A stretch of DNA of 64,000 bases from Bispira polyomma (Eukaryota): NCBI GenBank assembly GCA_965649765.1, contig OZ287759.1:10168001-10232000 (forward strand). Reading direction: 5' to 3'. The translations under genes and the position numbers were made by a program. Positions within the stretch are counted from its first letter, which is position 1; each line of letters starts with the position of its first letter. Below are positions 25,501-39,293 of this stretch, one piece after another. The notes under the pieces were generated by a model. It did no database searches and was not told where the DNA came from. It saw only the letters and a program-made list of their open reading frames with translations.

Positions 25501-28500
25501 ATTGTGTCCACCAAAATACCCAAGCATACTGCCTGAGTACTGAGGCCCGACTAACGTCCAACTTGTATATATGGGCTTCCTTCCCCAGTTTTGTAAGTTC
25601 TTTAGTGAGATCATCTATGGTAGGGAAGCTGAGGTTAAACTCAGCTCCCAAATAGCTATTCTTATCAACACCCGTATTTACTGATTGACCTTTAGCCCAG
25701 CTTAGGTCTATAATGACCCTTCTATTATCCGAATCCGGCTGATGACGTGTCATAAAAGGTGAGGTGTGACAATCATCAATAGGATTACTTACAAATGGTC
25801 CAATTATGGCCCCATGCTTACTTTCTTCAGCAATATATACATCCACGTCCTTGGGATATTCCTTTGCAGACTTATGATTATCTACGTCACTACGCAATGC
25901 ACAACGCCTATTAAACCCTACGGGAAAATCAAACTCGATTAATTGGACCAATTCTTTATCCCAATAACCGTCAAGCATGATTTTCTACTAGTCGACATTT
26001 AATTGTGTGTGAACGGGAATACGTGCACCTATGAAATTATGTTTGCCACCTTTTCTCACTGCTTTATGCAACGCTATTGGGCAATCTATGGGTAATTGTC
26101 TACCCTCACTTTTTAGTAGTAACGGTTCAGTTAAAGGAACAAAGCCAAATAGGAAATCCAACTGTTCACGGCAACGAGTGAAACTTTCACAATCAGAATG
26201 TAATTACTTTGCACCACCCACATTGGTGTTAAATAGGATGGAATAAATAAACTTGTCATCTCTATTTATGTCAAATAGCTTTTTGCAACCATTATTGCTT
26301 TGTGTTTTGTTTTCATTATCAAGTGTCATTTCGAGTTGTTTGTCTTGTGCACTGTCCCCCTTGACTGCACTCCTGCTTAACGTGTCAGGCTTAAAAACAC
26401 TCAACCGCATGTGATTACCTTTTTGGTTGGTATCCTGTTTTCTACTCAAGCGGGTTATGTTTTTATTTAAAGCGCCTTGAGTGTCACTTTTGGTACTTTT
26501 GAATACCCTGTTGACTACGGGAACAAAATGCTTTTGGGTTTTACTATCACCACCAGTATACTTGTTTTGAATACCTTTCACTGCATTTGCATACGTTTTT
26601 CTACTTACATCACAGTCAGTAGCTCTGAACACACTTAATGAATTCAATAAGGGACGTGCCAATAATCTTTCTACCTCAGCCTGCCTACAACCAGCATTAT
26701 ACACATAACGACTCGTATGTTTTATCATATTTTGCTGAGAGACGCTTTGTTTACACTACAACCAATACGTTTTTCATTCACACTAAAATTTTTAAAACTT
26801 TTATTTTTACAGTTCGTTACACCTGGAGGACTACTGTAGCTGCCGTCCTGGTGTAAACGTGGGAGACAGCTACCTATTCGTTTTTTGTCTGTGCCCTTTT
26901 GGCAAAAACACAATCTTTTTCAGGGTGCCCTAGTATTCTACCTAAAACTACACAGAAAGAACAAATATGTCTGTGTAGTTTGCCATTGATTTCATGATCC
27001 TTTTAGTCCTGGCAAGTGCCATTCTGAAAGAATTTGCAAAACCACGGCTTCTTCGAATTTTGACTTCACCAGCTTTATCCCAATTTTTACTGCTATTCCC
27101 ATTACCATAAGTACTGGAATGTTTTTGGGCATGAACCCGCCTGATTCTATCAATTCTGATATTCCAATCAAGAGAACCTCTTTTCATCTCACATAATAAG
27201 ACAGCATGTGCTGCTTTAGCCCCCTGCCAGCTAAAATCAGTGGCATCCTCCATGAGGTCAGCTAGATAACTTAACATTTTTTCCCTGTTTTTTATGATTT
27301 GTTTCATCTAACATATCTCTACTAAAACCTTGAATCCATTGTGACATGGACAGTGTTCTAGTATTACCACCCAAAATTGCCTCGTGCGGCCAAGACACTT
27401 TATGTTTTACAATAACGTCTACAGCACCCCCCTTTTTTACTTAATTTTGCCCGAACAATCCATACCTGAATTGTAACTGCACTGCTGTAATTCCCTGACC
27501 CTAGCATCTATCTGCCGCTGAATGCTAGCAGAACTTATAAGGGATGCTAAACTCGATCCTCGACGTCATCCAGTCTCGAATTTCCTCGCTTCAGCTTATT
27601 AAGTATCTGTAGTTGCACATCCGACTGCCTGCTATCAGCTTTTGGTCCTGAAACTTGTATCCCTGCCGTCGTCTTTGCTCTAGCTCTGCCTTGAGCCATA
27701 CTGTTAGCAGAATCGTCAGTTTCAGTCCCGAGATCAGCTACATAAGCACATTTTTTCCCTGTTGGAGGACAATGCTTTTCTTCACAATTGCTACAATTGG
27801 CCTTTTTAGGCATTTTATATATATTGTCTACGTCTCTGAAATCAAGATAAACACAACACTCAACGCTCTGTTTAGACAACCTCACTGCTTGGTTTGTTTT
27901 TGACCCAAATTTTGCAAGAAAATTGTTATAATAGGTTTAAACGTCGCTTTAAAAGCGACCACTTAAGGTCAAGTAAAGCATGAAGTTGTCAAAAGAGAGC
28001 AGCGTCGGCAGCCACACAGTCAAACAGCATATGTCCGTTTTTGTAAACAGTTTCCAGTATACTCCAGTGCAACTATAAATGACCGTCTGTTTAAGATATA
28101 AAATGTATAAAATCACACTAAAAGCAAGTTAAAAAGGTTTTAAAACCACAAATTAAAAGCATCATATGTAAAAGTTGAAAAATAGTTTTTTCCAATTTTA
28201 AACTGACCATTATTCTGTAAGTAAACCAGTTGTTTATTTGACTTGGCCAATCAGCTTCATGATAAACAAATTAGCTTAACAACAGGGAGGGATGTTTACC
28301 TACTTAAGTTTCTACCTGTCATTAATAGTCTGGTACCCTACACTTAATTAAGGTTGTGCAGGACTGACATGTTCCGTGCCTTTACACCGCAACCGACAGG
28401 CGTCAGATCCGCCAGTGACACAGATCTTCATGTTGAAATCACGTCTGGCAGAGCTGTTGCTGGAGACAACAACCAATGTGGACTTTAACAACCTTAATCC

Positions 28501-29160
28501 CAAGAAGGGGAAGATGAAGACTGTGGTTGTAACAGATGCCCAGGAAGAGGTAGAGGAGGAATTTTTAATAAATAAGTTGAATGAGTTCTTGTACAACAAG
28601 AAGGATCCCAATTATAAGGATACCCAGAAGAAGGACATTTTGTAGAAGGGGTTTGTGATGGGAATAGGTTAGACCATGTGGAAGTCAAGAAGTGGTTCCA
28701 ATCACTGTGGACTATGTTTGAGAAGCTGTCTATCCCGAAGTCTGGCCCGGCTCCGCCAGTGCTCACCAAGAGGCAGATGTGGGTCAAGGGTACCTTCGAC
28801 TTTCTCAAGCCCTTCTGGGCACCTAAGGCTGTGCATTTTGGGCATTCTGGGCATGTCAAAGTCTTCTTATTATTGCTTGTATATCTAGAAAAGCTGTCTA
28901 ATCTTTACTATCATAGGTAGTGCTTCTGAGTTATCTTCCAACATCGGGCTATCTGGGACGTAGATATTTTGTCCAGGATCCAATCAACCTGAATAATCTT
29001 ACCATCTAAGGACCAATGGGGCCTCATCAACATGTGCTCCCTACCTATCTTCCCACTTCTAAACCAAAACAATTATAATTGCATAATGTAAAATTTTCCA
29101 CCCTTTTTCAAGTTATCGGCAGCAAATGACGATTGTCCCCCCATCCCAAACAAAGAGATT
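22570..29160 (+). mobile_element. Harbinger-type element carrying a MADF ORF2 pseudogene (23284-23436 plus 28348-28860), split by a DIRS insertion
   Basis: MPPKKKTRDED... then FLYNKKDPNYKDTQKKDIL...VKKWFQSLWTMFEKL..PKSG...LTKRQMWVKGTFDFL (MADF-like). Repeated (g)ttaagataac motifs at 22760-23085. TIRs not identified. Confidence 0.65.
23436..28347 (-). mobile_element. Near full-length decayed DIRS-order (Ngaro/PAT-like) retrotransposon: gag, RT, RNase H, tyrosine recombinase
   Basis: gag MPKKANCSNCEEKHCPPTGKKC and DATDFSWQGAKAAHAVLLCEM; RT NRRVIIDLSW...YKLDVSRA; RNase H LELDACLVGLGGRW and NRVADLLSR; YR RLSNIAP...IKWSKTMQTRDQ...CPYQAL...TFHSF. No methyltransferase domain seen. Confidence 0.92.
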
Positions 29161-31477
29161 ACTTTTTTCAGTTATATTTAGCTGTTCCACTAGCTGAGTG
29201 TTGCTAACTTGAGTTATATTCATTTCATTTAAGATTTAAAACATTTTTACTTATTATGCTTTTATTTTAATATCTAATAAGTAGTACTTGTATGCTAACA
29301 TAAAGTCACCATTGGCTTGTGTTAGTATATTTTACTCTTATAATTCTTATACAAATTATATTAATTTTATTCCCTCTACCAAGAAAGATATAGTTTCCAA
29401 CCACTTTTGCTGGCTTGTTGATCTATTTGTCTACTAGGATTACACCAAAAACAAACTCTACTACTAATTTACATAAACTATGAGTGAGTGGTTTGAAATG
29501 ACCCTGAGGAATAATCCATCATTCGATTTTGGAAAATATTAGGTAAAAAAAACGGTTCCAATAAATTGTGTTTTTCACATGCCACAGTTATTTGCACCAC
29601 TGAGTGTTCATGTCGGTATTAATTCTATGATTATATTCATACTTTTAATATATTCTATAAAAATGATGAAAAAAGTAATATGAGATCTCTTGATTCACAT
29701 CAAATACACAGACACAAGGAATGGTACATAGATAAAAAATGGCTAATGGGCTAGTGCAAAAGAAGTATGATGATCATTTGCCCTTTAAATTGATGTTTCT
29801 CAGATTTATTGAGCAGTTCTTACAAGAAAAATTGTGAAGTCATTGTGTACAAAATACAAAAAAACCTTTGCTTTTTTTGAAAAGTATTTTTTTGCATAGG
29901 AAACTATTCCTCAAGCGTAAATCATGTTTGATATAAAAAGGTAGCAATGTGATATTAGGTTCAAAGGCGATTTCTTTCAGTAGTGAGAAACAAAAGAAAG
30001 AAAATATTAATTATTTCAATTTATCATCAGCAGATAAATTAATTAAACAGCAGTCGACTGTATTTGTAAAAAAAATTCTAAAGGAATTGATGTGCTCACA
30101 GACATGCTATGCTTAAATACAATACATACATTTACTAACAGCTGGCAATATTGCAGACATGTAACTTTTTAAAAAATGTGATGATATATTTGATATCTTT
30201 CCTTTAAACTAAAATACAATACAACAAGTTTAGCATTGTCATCTCAGAGCATGCAATTTTCCTGTCTGTTTTAAAGTCCAAGAAATGCATGAAAAAACCT
30301 GAACAAATAATTTTGTTGTTTTTAGGAGAACCAAACCAACTTTTTCTTCATTCAAAATTCTTTATGGAGGGTTGTTTTTCGTCGTTTTCTGTTCTGATCT
30401 GATGTATCTTCAAACCTCACAAAATTGGCTTTCTATTCATTACAACATTTTGTTTACAATCCTTGTCACCACTTTCACAGCTGTTGTCTCTCAACACCCC
30501 TTCTGCCTTGCTACACGTCTTTCCTTCAGTAACCTTAAGAGAGGTAAGCTGAGTCCACAGCTTCCTCAATTGCTACTCAAATGTAATGGAATATCCTCCT
30601 AGTTGAGCATAGATCGCTAAATACACTTGTAGGAGAAACTGTGTGATTCACTCAATTTTCTCCCTGTACAGCCCTGCATCCTTCATTACAATCAAGGTTA
30701 TGTATTTTGGACTTCTCAATAAGTTAATTAATTTTGTTGTTGCACTTCAGTACATGCCTCACATTAAAAAGGCATGACAAAATTGCAAAATGGACATTGT
30801 AGTGGATTCCTTAAATAGTTCTGTTCAATGTGAAAGACATATTTCCATATCATTTGCAGGACACTATACAAAAACTCCTAAGAACTATTCAAGAAACATT
30901 CATAGAGGTAATTTATTCAATGGAATAAAACAAATTATATTTGCTATGAGATAACTAGTGCATATTATTCCTATTCATATTTCAACAAACAGGTTTAGTA
31001 TGAATAAAATACCCTTTCCAGCTATTTTTAATGAATTAAGTTCATTAAAAGTCAAGACATTTATCAACAAATGACTTGATGTGGTTGCAATTTGAGTTGG
31101 AAATGTGGTGATTATTGATATTCAACGAAATTGGAATAGACACTTGGAATGGGTAGTTAAAAACATATATGTCATAAACTAATTATAATTTCATTTTGTA
31201 TTTTTCTATGTATCAAATTTTGTCAAATAAATGTGAATTTTGTAAGCACGGATAATAAATAGGTATAATAAAATACCCGATGATATATTATATATGTGTA
31301 TACTTGTATTTTACATAGATTAAAAACAAAAGGGAGGCTCAGTCAGGTGTTAGAAGGGTTGCTCTGTTCATATAGTTAGTTGCTATGGTTACCTGCTAGC
31401 CAGAATGTGTCTGTTTTGGGACTCTTACCCCTCATTTGATGGAACTGCTCGGTTAGTCATTGACACTTTAGAGGGTG

Positions 31478-32631
31478 TTATTGTATCCACCGATCAGGTG
31501 GATACTTTGGTTTAGCGTTGTTTACGCCGCCGCCGTAAAGAGATTTTTGTCGTTAACACTCTCAGCGGAAAACTAGGCCAGCTAGTTTTACCAAATTTGC
31601 AGGATATCTTCATTGGGAGGTAAGTTTCTCTGCGACTGAAATTACCTCATTCTGAAAAACAAGATGGCCGCCATCGGCATTTCTGTGAAAATTATCTATC
31701 TTTTTCTACTAGCTGGTTCTCGTAACTAGAAGGGTAAATCTCTTCATAGTTGATATGTATAACAGATATATATGTCCTCTACAAGCATTCAGACATTTGA
31801 CCTTGAAGCTCTTCATTGAAGGTCATCCACGGAGTGCCAAAGTACCCCACATAGCGAACTTAAAAGTGCCTATATCGCCCTTATTAGTGGTCCTAAAGGT
31901 TTGGTATGTGAAGCCTACCTATAGGAAATCATGGGCTAGGAATCTTCTGATGTGGTCAGGTTTGACCTTGGATCCCTTATTCAAGGTCAATCAAGGTATC
32001 CAAACTTAAAAGTGCTTATAACTCGGTTATTATTGGTCTTAGAGGTTTGGCATGTGAAGCCTACATTTAGGAAATCATGGGCTGGAAATCTTCTGATGTG
32101 GTCAGGTTGGATCTTGGGCACCTCATTCAAGGTCAAACAAGGTATCCAAACTTAAAAGTGCTTATAACTCGCTTATTGTTGGTCCTGGAGGTTTGGCATG
32201 TAAAGCCTACCTATAGGAAATCATGGGCTGGGAATCTTCTGATGTGGTGAGATTTGACCTTGGGCCCCTCCATCAAGGTCAGACGAGGGTAGTTAAACTT
32301 AAAAGTGCTTATAACTCGCTTATTATTGGTACTACAGTTTTAAGATGTAAAAGCAACCTACAGGAAATCAGGGGCTGGGAGTCTTCTGATGTGGTCAGGT
32401 TTGACCCTGGGCCCCTCCTTCAAGGCCAAATGACAATTGCCATACTTAAAAGTGCTTATAACTTGCTATTTATTGGTCCTACAGGTTTCCAATGTAAAAC
32501 CAACTTATAAGTAATCATGGGCTGATAATCTTTTGATGTGGTCAGATTTGACCTTGGGCCCCTCCTTCAAGGTCAGACGAGGGTAGCTATAGCTTGGGTG
32601 CTCCTACCAAGGGTGCTCTGTCTTTCTAGTT
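31478..32631 (+). mobile_element. Non-autonomous Helentron-type (HINE/DINE-like) element with an internal satellite array
   Basis: 5' hairpin gtatccacc-gatca-ggtggatac (31483-31505), short (GCC)n, ~5.5 tandem 146-147 bp units, 3' end ttctagtt; absent from unit copy 1. Confidence 0.7.
31795..32590 (+). repeat. Tandem repeat, 146-147 bp monomer, about 5.5 copies
   Basis: ggtcag/ggtgag landmark at 31954, 32100, 32246, 32393 and 32540. Confidence 0.92.
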
Positions 32632-34499
32632 GATACAAATATGCATCGGTTTTCTGATGCGCTAGGTCTAGTTTATATTTGCTACACACCGTGGAAGCAA
32701 AGAGAACAACAGTTGTAATTTTAAAAAGAAGCAAGCACACAGTGTGAAATACACTAACATTGATATGGCCACTATATACTCGTGAACCCTGACACTCCTC
32801 GGTTTGCATGTAATGATTGCTTCCAACTATTCCAAGAAGACCTTACATGTTATGTCCAACATGGCGGTTCCCTTTTTCAGAATGAAAACAATATCAGGCT
32901 ACGCCTGATATTAAGTCATTTCTGTATGTAACAGCTAGGGTTGTGGCCACAAAAAAGGCGAGTATGTGTGCAGTTAGCCACTCATCGTGATTTAAAAGCC
33001 GAGATATATATCTTTGTAAACAATCATTCGTAGAATCCCTTGTGTCTATGTCCCAATGTACGCATCCACACATTTTAAAATAATGAAAGGGTCGCTCTAT
33101 TATCTTGTTTTCTTTTAAATAAAGCATTTACCTTTTACTATTGTATCATATTTAACTTCTTGTCATGCAGTAACAGACCGTATTTTGAAAAATGTATATA
33201 AACTACTTTGGTTATTCTCAGTGTGTTCAATTTGTCTGTAAAACGGTGCCAAACATGTCTCTTAAAGTGTCCAGTGGTTTGATGTGATATCTTGTGGGTG
33301 GCATAATAACACACGGCATACCAAATATACTCACAGTTGAGAATCCTTACAATTTTAACAGTTTAGTTAGTTTTGTTAACTGGGGGTTTTAACAAAATTT
33401 TTAACACTTTACATTTTGAATCAATTCAAACTCTTAAGATAACTGATTTTTGTACTGTTGATATTTTAAGTGTCAGCTTGTGAAACATTTTATATTATAT
33501 GTCGTGATATGTATTTGACCAAGGTCATTACCAGCATGCTTTATATGTGTGTTGTAAGTATTTATCACTGAAAAAAATGCCATTGAATCAACATGGAACT
33601 TCAACTATGTCCCTCTTTTAATCGTTAATCATTTGATGTTACTGGTAGGTAAAAAAATACTATATGAATAAGGGACATATCATCATTCTTATTAAATTTC
33701 AAGTTGTAGACCTATTAGTGGCTGATAAAGGTAATTGAAGAAATAACGACCAACTATACTCGCAGAGATAAGACACGGAGAACCTCTTATCAGAAGAATG
33801 CAGACCGGCTACAGTTCCAATTTATGGGATTTATCTTTGGCTCAGCTGGAGCAACCAAATCATACATAATTTATTAATAGATATAACATTATATAAGATT
33901 TTCTGAACTGCTAAAGTCTGATAGATGTAACAGTTGACAGAGTTGGAAAAATAATTGAATGGGTTTGTTTTATAACTAATACCAGACTCAGTGTACATTA
34001 AATTAGCAGCAATGAAAGACTATTATATGGTCTTAAATTTGTATCTATGCATACTTTATTGACAGTGTTGATCTTTCCATATATTTATACGTGTCTTCTT
34101 TGACAATGTCAGTACCATATATTTATGTGAGCTGCTTACGATACTAATAATAAGCACAAGTTAAAAGAAATAATGGTGCGAAAAGTGCATATTTTTGATA
34201 TTTAAAATAGATTGATGGATTTGTAACAATCTTGAAGTGCCATGAGACTGCAAATGGGGCAAATTAACTAGATGCTTAAACATCAAGGGGATACTTGATC
34301 TATGACATGCATGAATCTTAAAGTTGATGGAGAAAGGCCAAAGGTCAATAAAATCTGATGTAATACTAGTCTAACCTTTACATCAGTAATTACTTTGACT
34401 GAAGCAGTGCCTAGAATAACAAAAAAACGGGGAAAAAACTAAAAACAGGTATTTTTGAAAGATTTGTTTAAAACCCTTAGGACAAATATAACTATTTGC

Positions 34500-35815
34500 A
34501 AACATGCTACCTTAATAAAACCATGAATAAATGAATCCCTCAACAACCTAAACTGTGCCAGTCCTTCCACCCATTCCGTCTTTATAGGAACGATAGTATC
34601 TGAGCTTCTCTGCTACTCATCCTTGCAGGCGACATAACTTCCAACCCTGGTCCAAATAATTGAACTATTGATCCTTTGGGATGTCACATAAAGATCGGCA
34701 GCATCAAAGCTCAATCAATCCGAAACAATGGTCAATCACAAACATAGTTAACTTATTACTTCTTAAAGGCAGTTTTTATGCCTGTTTTAAAACTGTTTTT
34801 GTTATTCCCGTACTCAAGAAAATCAACCTTGGTAAAAACACAATTTTTAGGCCTGTTTCTAATCTAAGTTATATTTACAAAATTATTAAAAATGTTGTTG
34901 CTAACCAGATTAATGAATTTTAATGAACTTTCCAAAACAACAAGGAGCAAACCTACATCTGCTGTGACACTGCTGGACCTGTCCGCAGCTCTTTATACCA
35001 TCAACCACAACATCTTAAAAGACACTTTAAGAACCTGGTTTGACATTAAAGGCCTTCACAGGGAGTGGACTACATCATACCTGGCCAATAGAAGTCCAAT
35101 AATCAAAACTAATGATCGTCAATCCTGACAAAACTGATAAGTGGATAAAGTAAAGAATTTGGGTATCACTTTGACTTCCTCTTTTCCTATAACAATCATA
35201 TCTCTAATAAACGTCAATCTTACTACGTCTATATTCGTGACCTCAAGAGAATTATAAAACACATATACCATCAAACTGTCATAGTTAGAGCAAAAGCAAT
35301 GGTAAGCAGTTAATTGGACTACTACAATTCTCTTCTTCTTGGACCAAAGGAGTACCAGCTGTATCTGGAGCGAGTACGACTCCTTTTCTAAAAAGACTAC
35401 ATCGGCTTGGTACTGCATTATTTTCAAGACTAATGTTACTACATACAAAGCTGTAAACCTATGTCAGCCTATCCTGTCTCAATGTTGTCTTTCAGCAGGC
35501 TTACCAGGGGAATAGAATTTTAGTCTCTGATACGAGGACTAGTAAAGGAATTGGATCATATGCCTTCTCTGATGCAGCACCTAACCTATGGAATAACTTC
35601 GCAACCAATATACGATCCCAGAAAACTCTCTCTGGTTTAGAAGTAACCTTAACACCCATTTCCCTACCCTCGCTTACCCTCCATAGACACCTTTATCCTC
35701 CACCTCACGTTAATCACGAATTTGCTTCGGAAACAGACTATAATTTGTCAATTTGCACTTTAGAAGATGCCTTGCATCAATTAGGCACGTTAAAAATCTA
35801 TCATATTATTTATCT
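34500..35815 (+). mobile_element. Internally deleted L2/CR1-group LINE retaining the ORF2 N-terminus (2A-like motif, APE start), RT pieces and 3' end
   Basis: LLLILAGDITSNPGP, IKIGSIKAQSIRN, FRPVSNLSY, TLLDLSAAL, AFSDAAPNLWN. Confidence 0.8.
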
Positions 35816-36924
35816 AAGGCAGCTGCACGGTTACATAACTCAAAAAATTGTACTGTCAGCAGTATACTGGCAGCAGTAATTCATGTAGAACCATTATTGA
35901 GAAAAATGTACACTGCTCAAGGTGTTACTTTATAGGGCCATATAGGACCTTTTTAGCCGACCTAGACCAATAGAATAATACAGAGTTACATAACATATAT
36001 AGCCTTACATAGATGTTCTCCAAAGCTAAAACCTGAAATAGGTAACATTTAAAGGAGTTGGATAAAGGTTCACTAAGAGCATGATTGGCTATTTAAAAAA
36101 CAATTTTTCTTACTTTTGATCAGATATATTGATTTCAAGCTTGCTAAACGTCCTCCATTTTGACGAGCTGTTATTAAAATAATTATGTTTTGTCTATTTT
36201 ACAAAAGGTGTTGGAGTTTTAATGTATAATTACATTAATTGAGCAATGTAATTCAATACACGCAGTATTGTCACAGAAATAACAGTAATCTACATGAGTA
36301 TCATATAGGATCACAGGATGTGCATATATTAACATTTCTTGTAAATGATTATCCTGTGCAGCTAGACACCTTTTGTTCATTTACTTACCAATTGAAAAAA
36401 AAAATTATTTACTTGTAGATAAACATACGCCTTTGCAATATGGCATGGAATCAATGCTTCTACTATTGAAATGGAAGTTTTTTCACCTCGTCTTTTGTTC
36501 CAGAAAAGTTAAGTGCTTTTTTGTGCTGCTTTCTTAAAGAGCAATATAAACTTTAAATACGACTGCTAATATCTTCTTCTTGCAGATGAGGTGAAGGATA
36601 ACGTGGACACTATAAAATAAGGTATGTTAACCTTGCAGAACACCTTTTTTCTGTTAGTGAACAATGGCAGTATTTTTATAATTTTTAACTTCTGAAGTTT
36701 AGAATTAAGATTAAGCCCTATTACAGTACATTGCAATGCATACATTATTCATTTGGTCCTGTAAAAACAGATGTAGGAACAGCACTAAGGTATTTAATGC
36801 CATACTTTGTTAAATTTCCTACACTCTGGCAATGAAAACCAAGAAAAAATAGCACACTCCTGCACTGTATTTTTTTTTAATTGTAATATTTAAGGTCTAC
36901 TTCAGTACCTGTTTAGCTTATATT

Positions 36925-37122
36925 GGGGCGGGTATTTGGAAACACGAAGGTAACACTGCAGACAGCTGATCAAGGTTCTGCACTGAAACCAGCGCTCCCC
37001 AGTAAGGAACTACCACCTTTCCACATAGGCATCGATGGGAGTCAAACTTACGCCGCCCAGAGGTAAGAGACCAGTGATTGTGAAGTGCAATGCTTGTTAA
37101 CCACTAGGCCACCGTGACCCCC
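36925..37122 (-). mobile_element. tRNA-derived SINE
   Basis: Reverse strand starts gggggtcacggTGGCCTAGTGGttaa (A box), then GTTTGACTCCC (B-box-like) and a non-tRNA body. Confidence 0.7.
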
Positions 37123-37254
37123 TGTACTGTATTACAGGAATTAATTTAACAGTATATATATATATATAATTTAGGATATTATATCAGTTCCCTTGTTCCC
37201 TTGTCATAAGGTCAGGGGTCCATAATAACCAGCAGCAAGTATAATTCAAAATTG

Positions 37255-37950
37255 CGTTTAAAACATTTATTGTTAATCTAAATGGTTTGTTTTAGAGTTT
37301 GTATATACACTGTGGTGGCCTAAGGTCACCATATCATATTTAAGTTTAAAGATGTTTTTGGATGACCTTGGTTACCCTATACTAGTTTAAGTTTTAACTA
37401 AAATTAAATATAGACTTTTGGTGGGGGTCGCCTTAACTTTGGTTTATTTTATAGTTCTGTCCATACTGATTGCCCATTAGCTCTTGGGCTGTTGACTATA
37501 AGTAAAGTGACCTTAAGCAAAATGTTAAGTTTTAACAAAACAAGTTAACTATAGCAATGAAGTTTAACGAAAAGGTTTTAAAATTTTAAGGTTTTATGCA
37601 TATGACAAGTTAAGGCAAGAATATATGTAGGCCTACAAACTGACGTCTAAGCTCCAAAATCCCAATGTGGTGGGATATTGTAGAGCCAGACAAGTGATGC
37701 CTGAAATTGTCAGCCACTGGTTGACCAACATCAATATTGTCGGTGACGTATCTCCACACACATTCCGAAGTCCAAAATCTTGTAGCTTAGCCAATACATT
37801 CTTATTATGGTGTCTTACCCTGCTATTGGGAGGTTCTTGTCAGCTGCTATGTAAAGCCCTGACAGGGCACTATGGTTAGTTAGTTATAAAGTTAATTAAA
37901 TTTGATATTGTGTGGCTGGTGCTTGTTAATTATTCACATTGTCAGCAGTT
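37255..37950 (-). mobile_element. DIRS-order 3' remnant (YR C-terminus)
   Basis: Reverse strand CPVRAL and WTSECVWRYV (cf. HGTWISECVWRYI at ~63580). Confidence 0.7.
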
Positions 37951-39293
37951 AGTATGAATAAGTTAAAGCATAATATCTATTTTTTTTAATATTATTACAG
38001 AACTTTTCTTGGGGGGACAGATAATTTGGCCATACAAAGCATTTTTCTGTACATTTCTATTTTATTCAATGTTCATGTCGGTAATTTAATAACTATTATA
38101 GATACCTTACTAATGCATCAAAGTGGTAAATTCTTGCTTTACTTTAAAAACTAATAAATAAATTTGGATAATAAATGTGTAAAAATACTAACATAAACTT
38201 GATCAACCAGAAAGGTAAGTACTACCACTTCTTAATATTTTCCGCAAATATGAATGTATCAAAGTCTTAATATATTGCTTAGAAGGCGTTGGCTAAGCGC
38301 ATTCTATTATTTTTATCTGTGATTTATATACCAATAAAGTACACTTTTAACTTTTTACATTTACAGGAAACTGCACTGACAAATTCATTCTTAAACTGCA
38401 ACTACCTTATATACATGTGTGCATATATTTTCTTACCAGGAATTGGCTATCACAATTCGCCTATAAGTAACTTTGTCCCTTAAACCTACTTGGTGTATTG
38501 TATCGAAATTTTTACTCTGCTTAATCAATCTTTATCTGGTATTCAACACACTCACATCACATCACTAAAGTCAAGAATTTAAATCTGGGTCCAATGGCAT
38601 ATATATGGGCCTTTTTTGCAACAGACTGTGTTTTTCAATAAAACTTCTGTCACACAGAGCCTTTGATCTCCTAGAGATTACGTGCAAACCCTAAAAGGTA
38701 CCCAAAACTTCATCTGCCAGATATGATCAGCAGTCACACATATAAATTTGGATGGATGATTATCGTACAACATATTGTACGATTAGTTAAAGAATTATGA
38801 AACCATGACAAAAAAAATATTATACAAGTCTCTTAAGAATTATGAGAACATGTTTCCGACTGTAGCATATAACTGGTATCTTAGTGATTGTAAAGTAAAG
38901 TGTCAGTAAATGTAATAGTAAAACTTTCTAAGTGATTTAGATCACCAAAACTATAAGACAAGAAAATATCTTTTGGAATGTCTTTCGGACTCATCTATTA
39001 TTCATCTTTTTTTAAATCATATATTTTCATAATATATATATGTCACAAGGTTAGGTTCACATTTATTATTCATTATGAATTGTGTATGTATTGTTAGGTT
39101 ATTTTACATTAGATCGTAGTAGACACCACATATTTACGGGTAAATGAAAATACTGAATATCAATATTATCAGGTATTGCTTTAAATAATTATGCGAACCG
39201 TCTGCTCAGTTCTGGTGCGATATTTGTTCAACTTTTACTATATTGGCGAACAAGCATAGTAACATTGTCATTCACTTATTTTTTTAGGAAAGT

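Larger units (their letters stand above)
18740..33135 (+). repeat. Segmental duplication unit, copy 3 (pieces ~18740-18810, 21815-22565, 29165-31478, 32632-33135, split by TE insertions)
   Basis: ggatgtcacctc.ggccaactg at 18788 matches 15068; 21815+ matches 15093+; 29165+ matches 9148+; 32750-33130 matches 13930-14267. Confidence 0.8.

Noticed and set aside
31755-32510. Repetitive ORFs (WARNLLMWSG...) as a repeat protein
   Set aside because: They are translations of a 146-147 bp satellite whose frame shifts between units.
37040-37122. Functional tRNA gene
   Set aside because: A and B boxes are present but no complete cloverleaf can be folded, and it continues into a SINE body.
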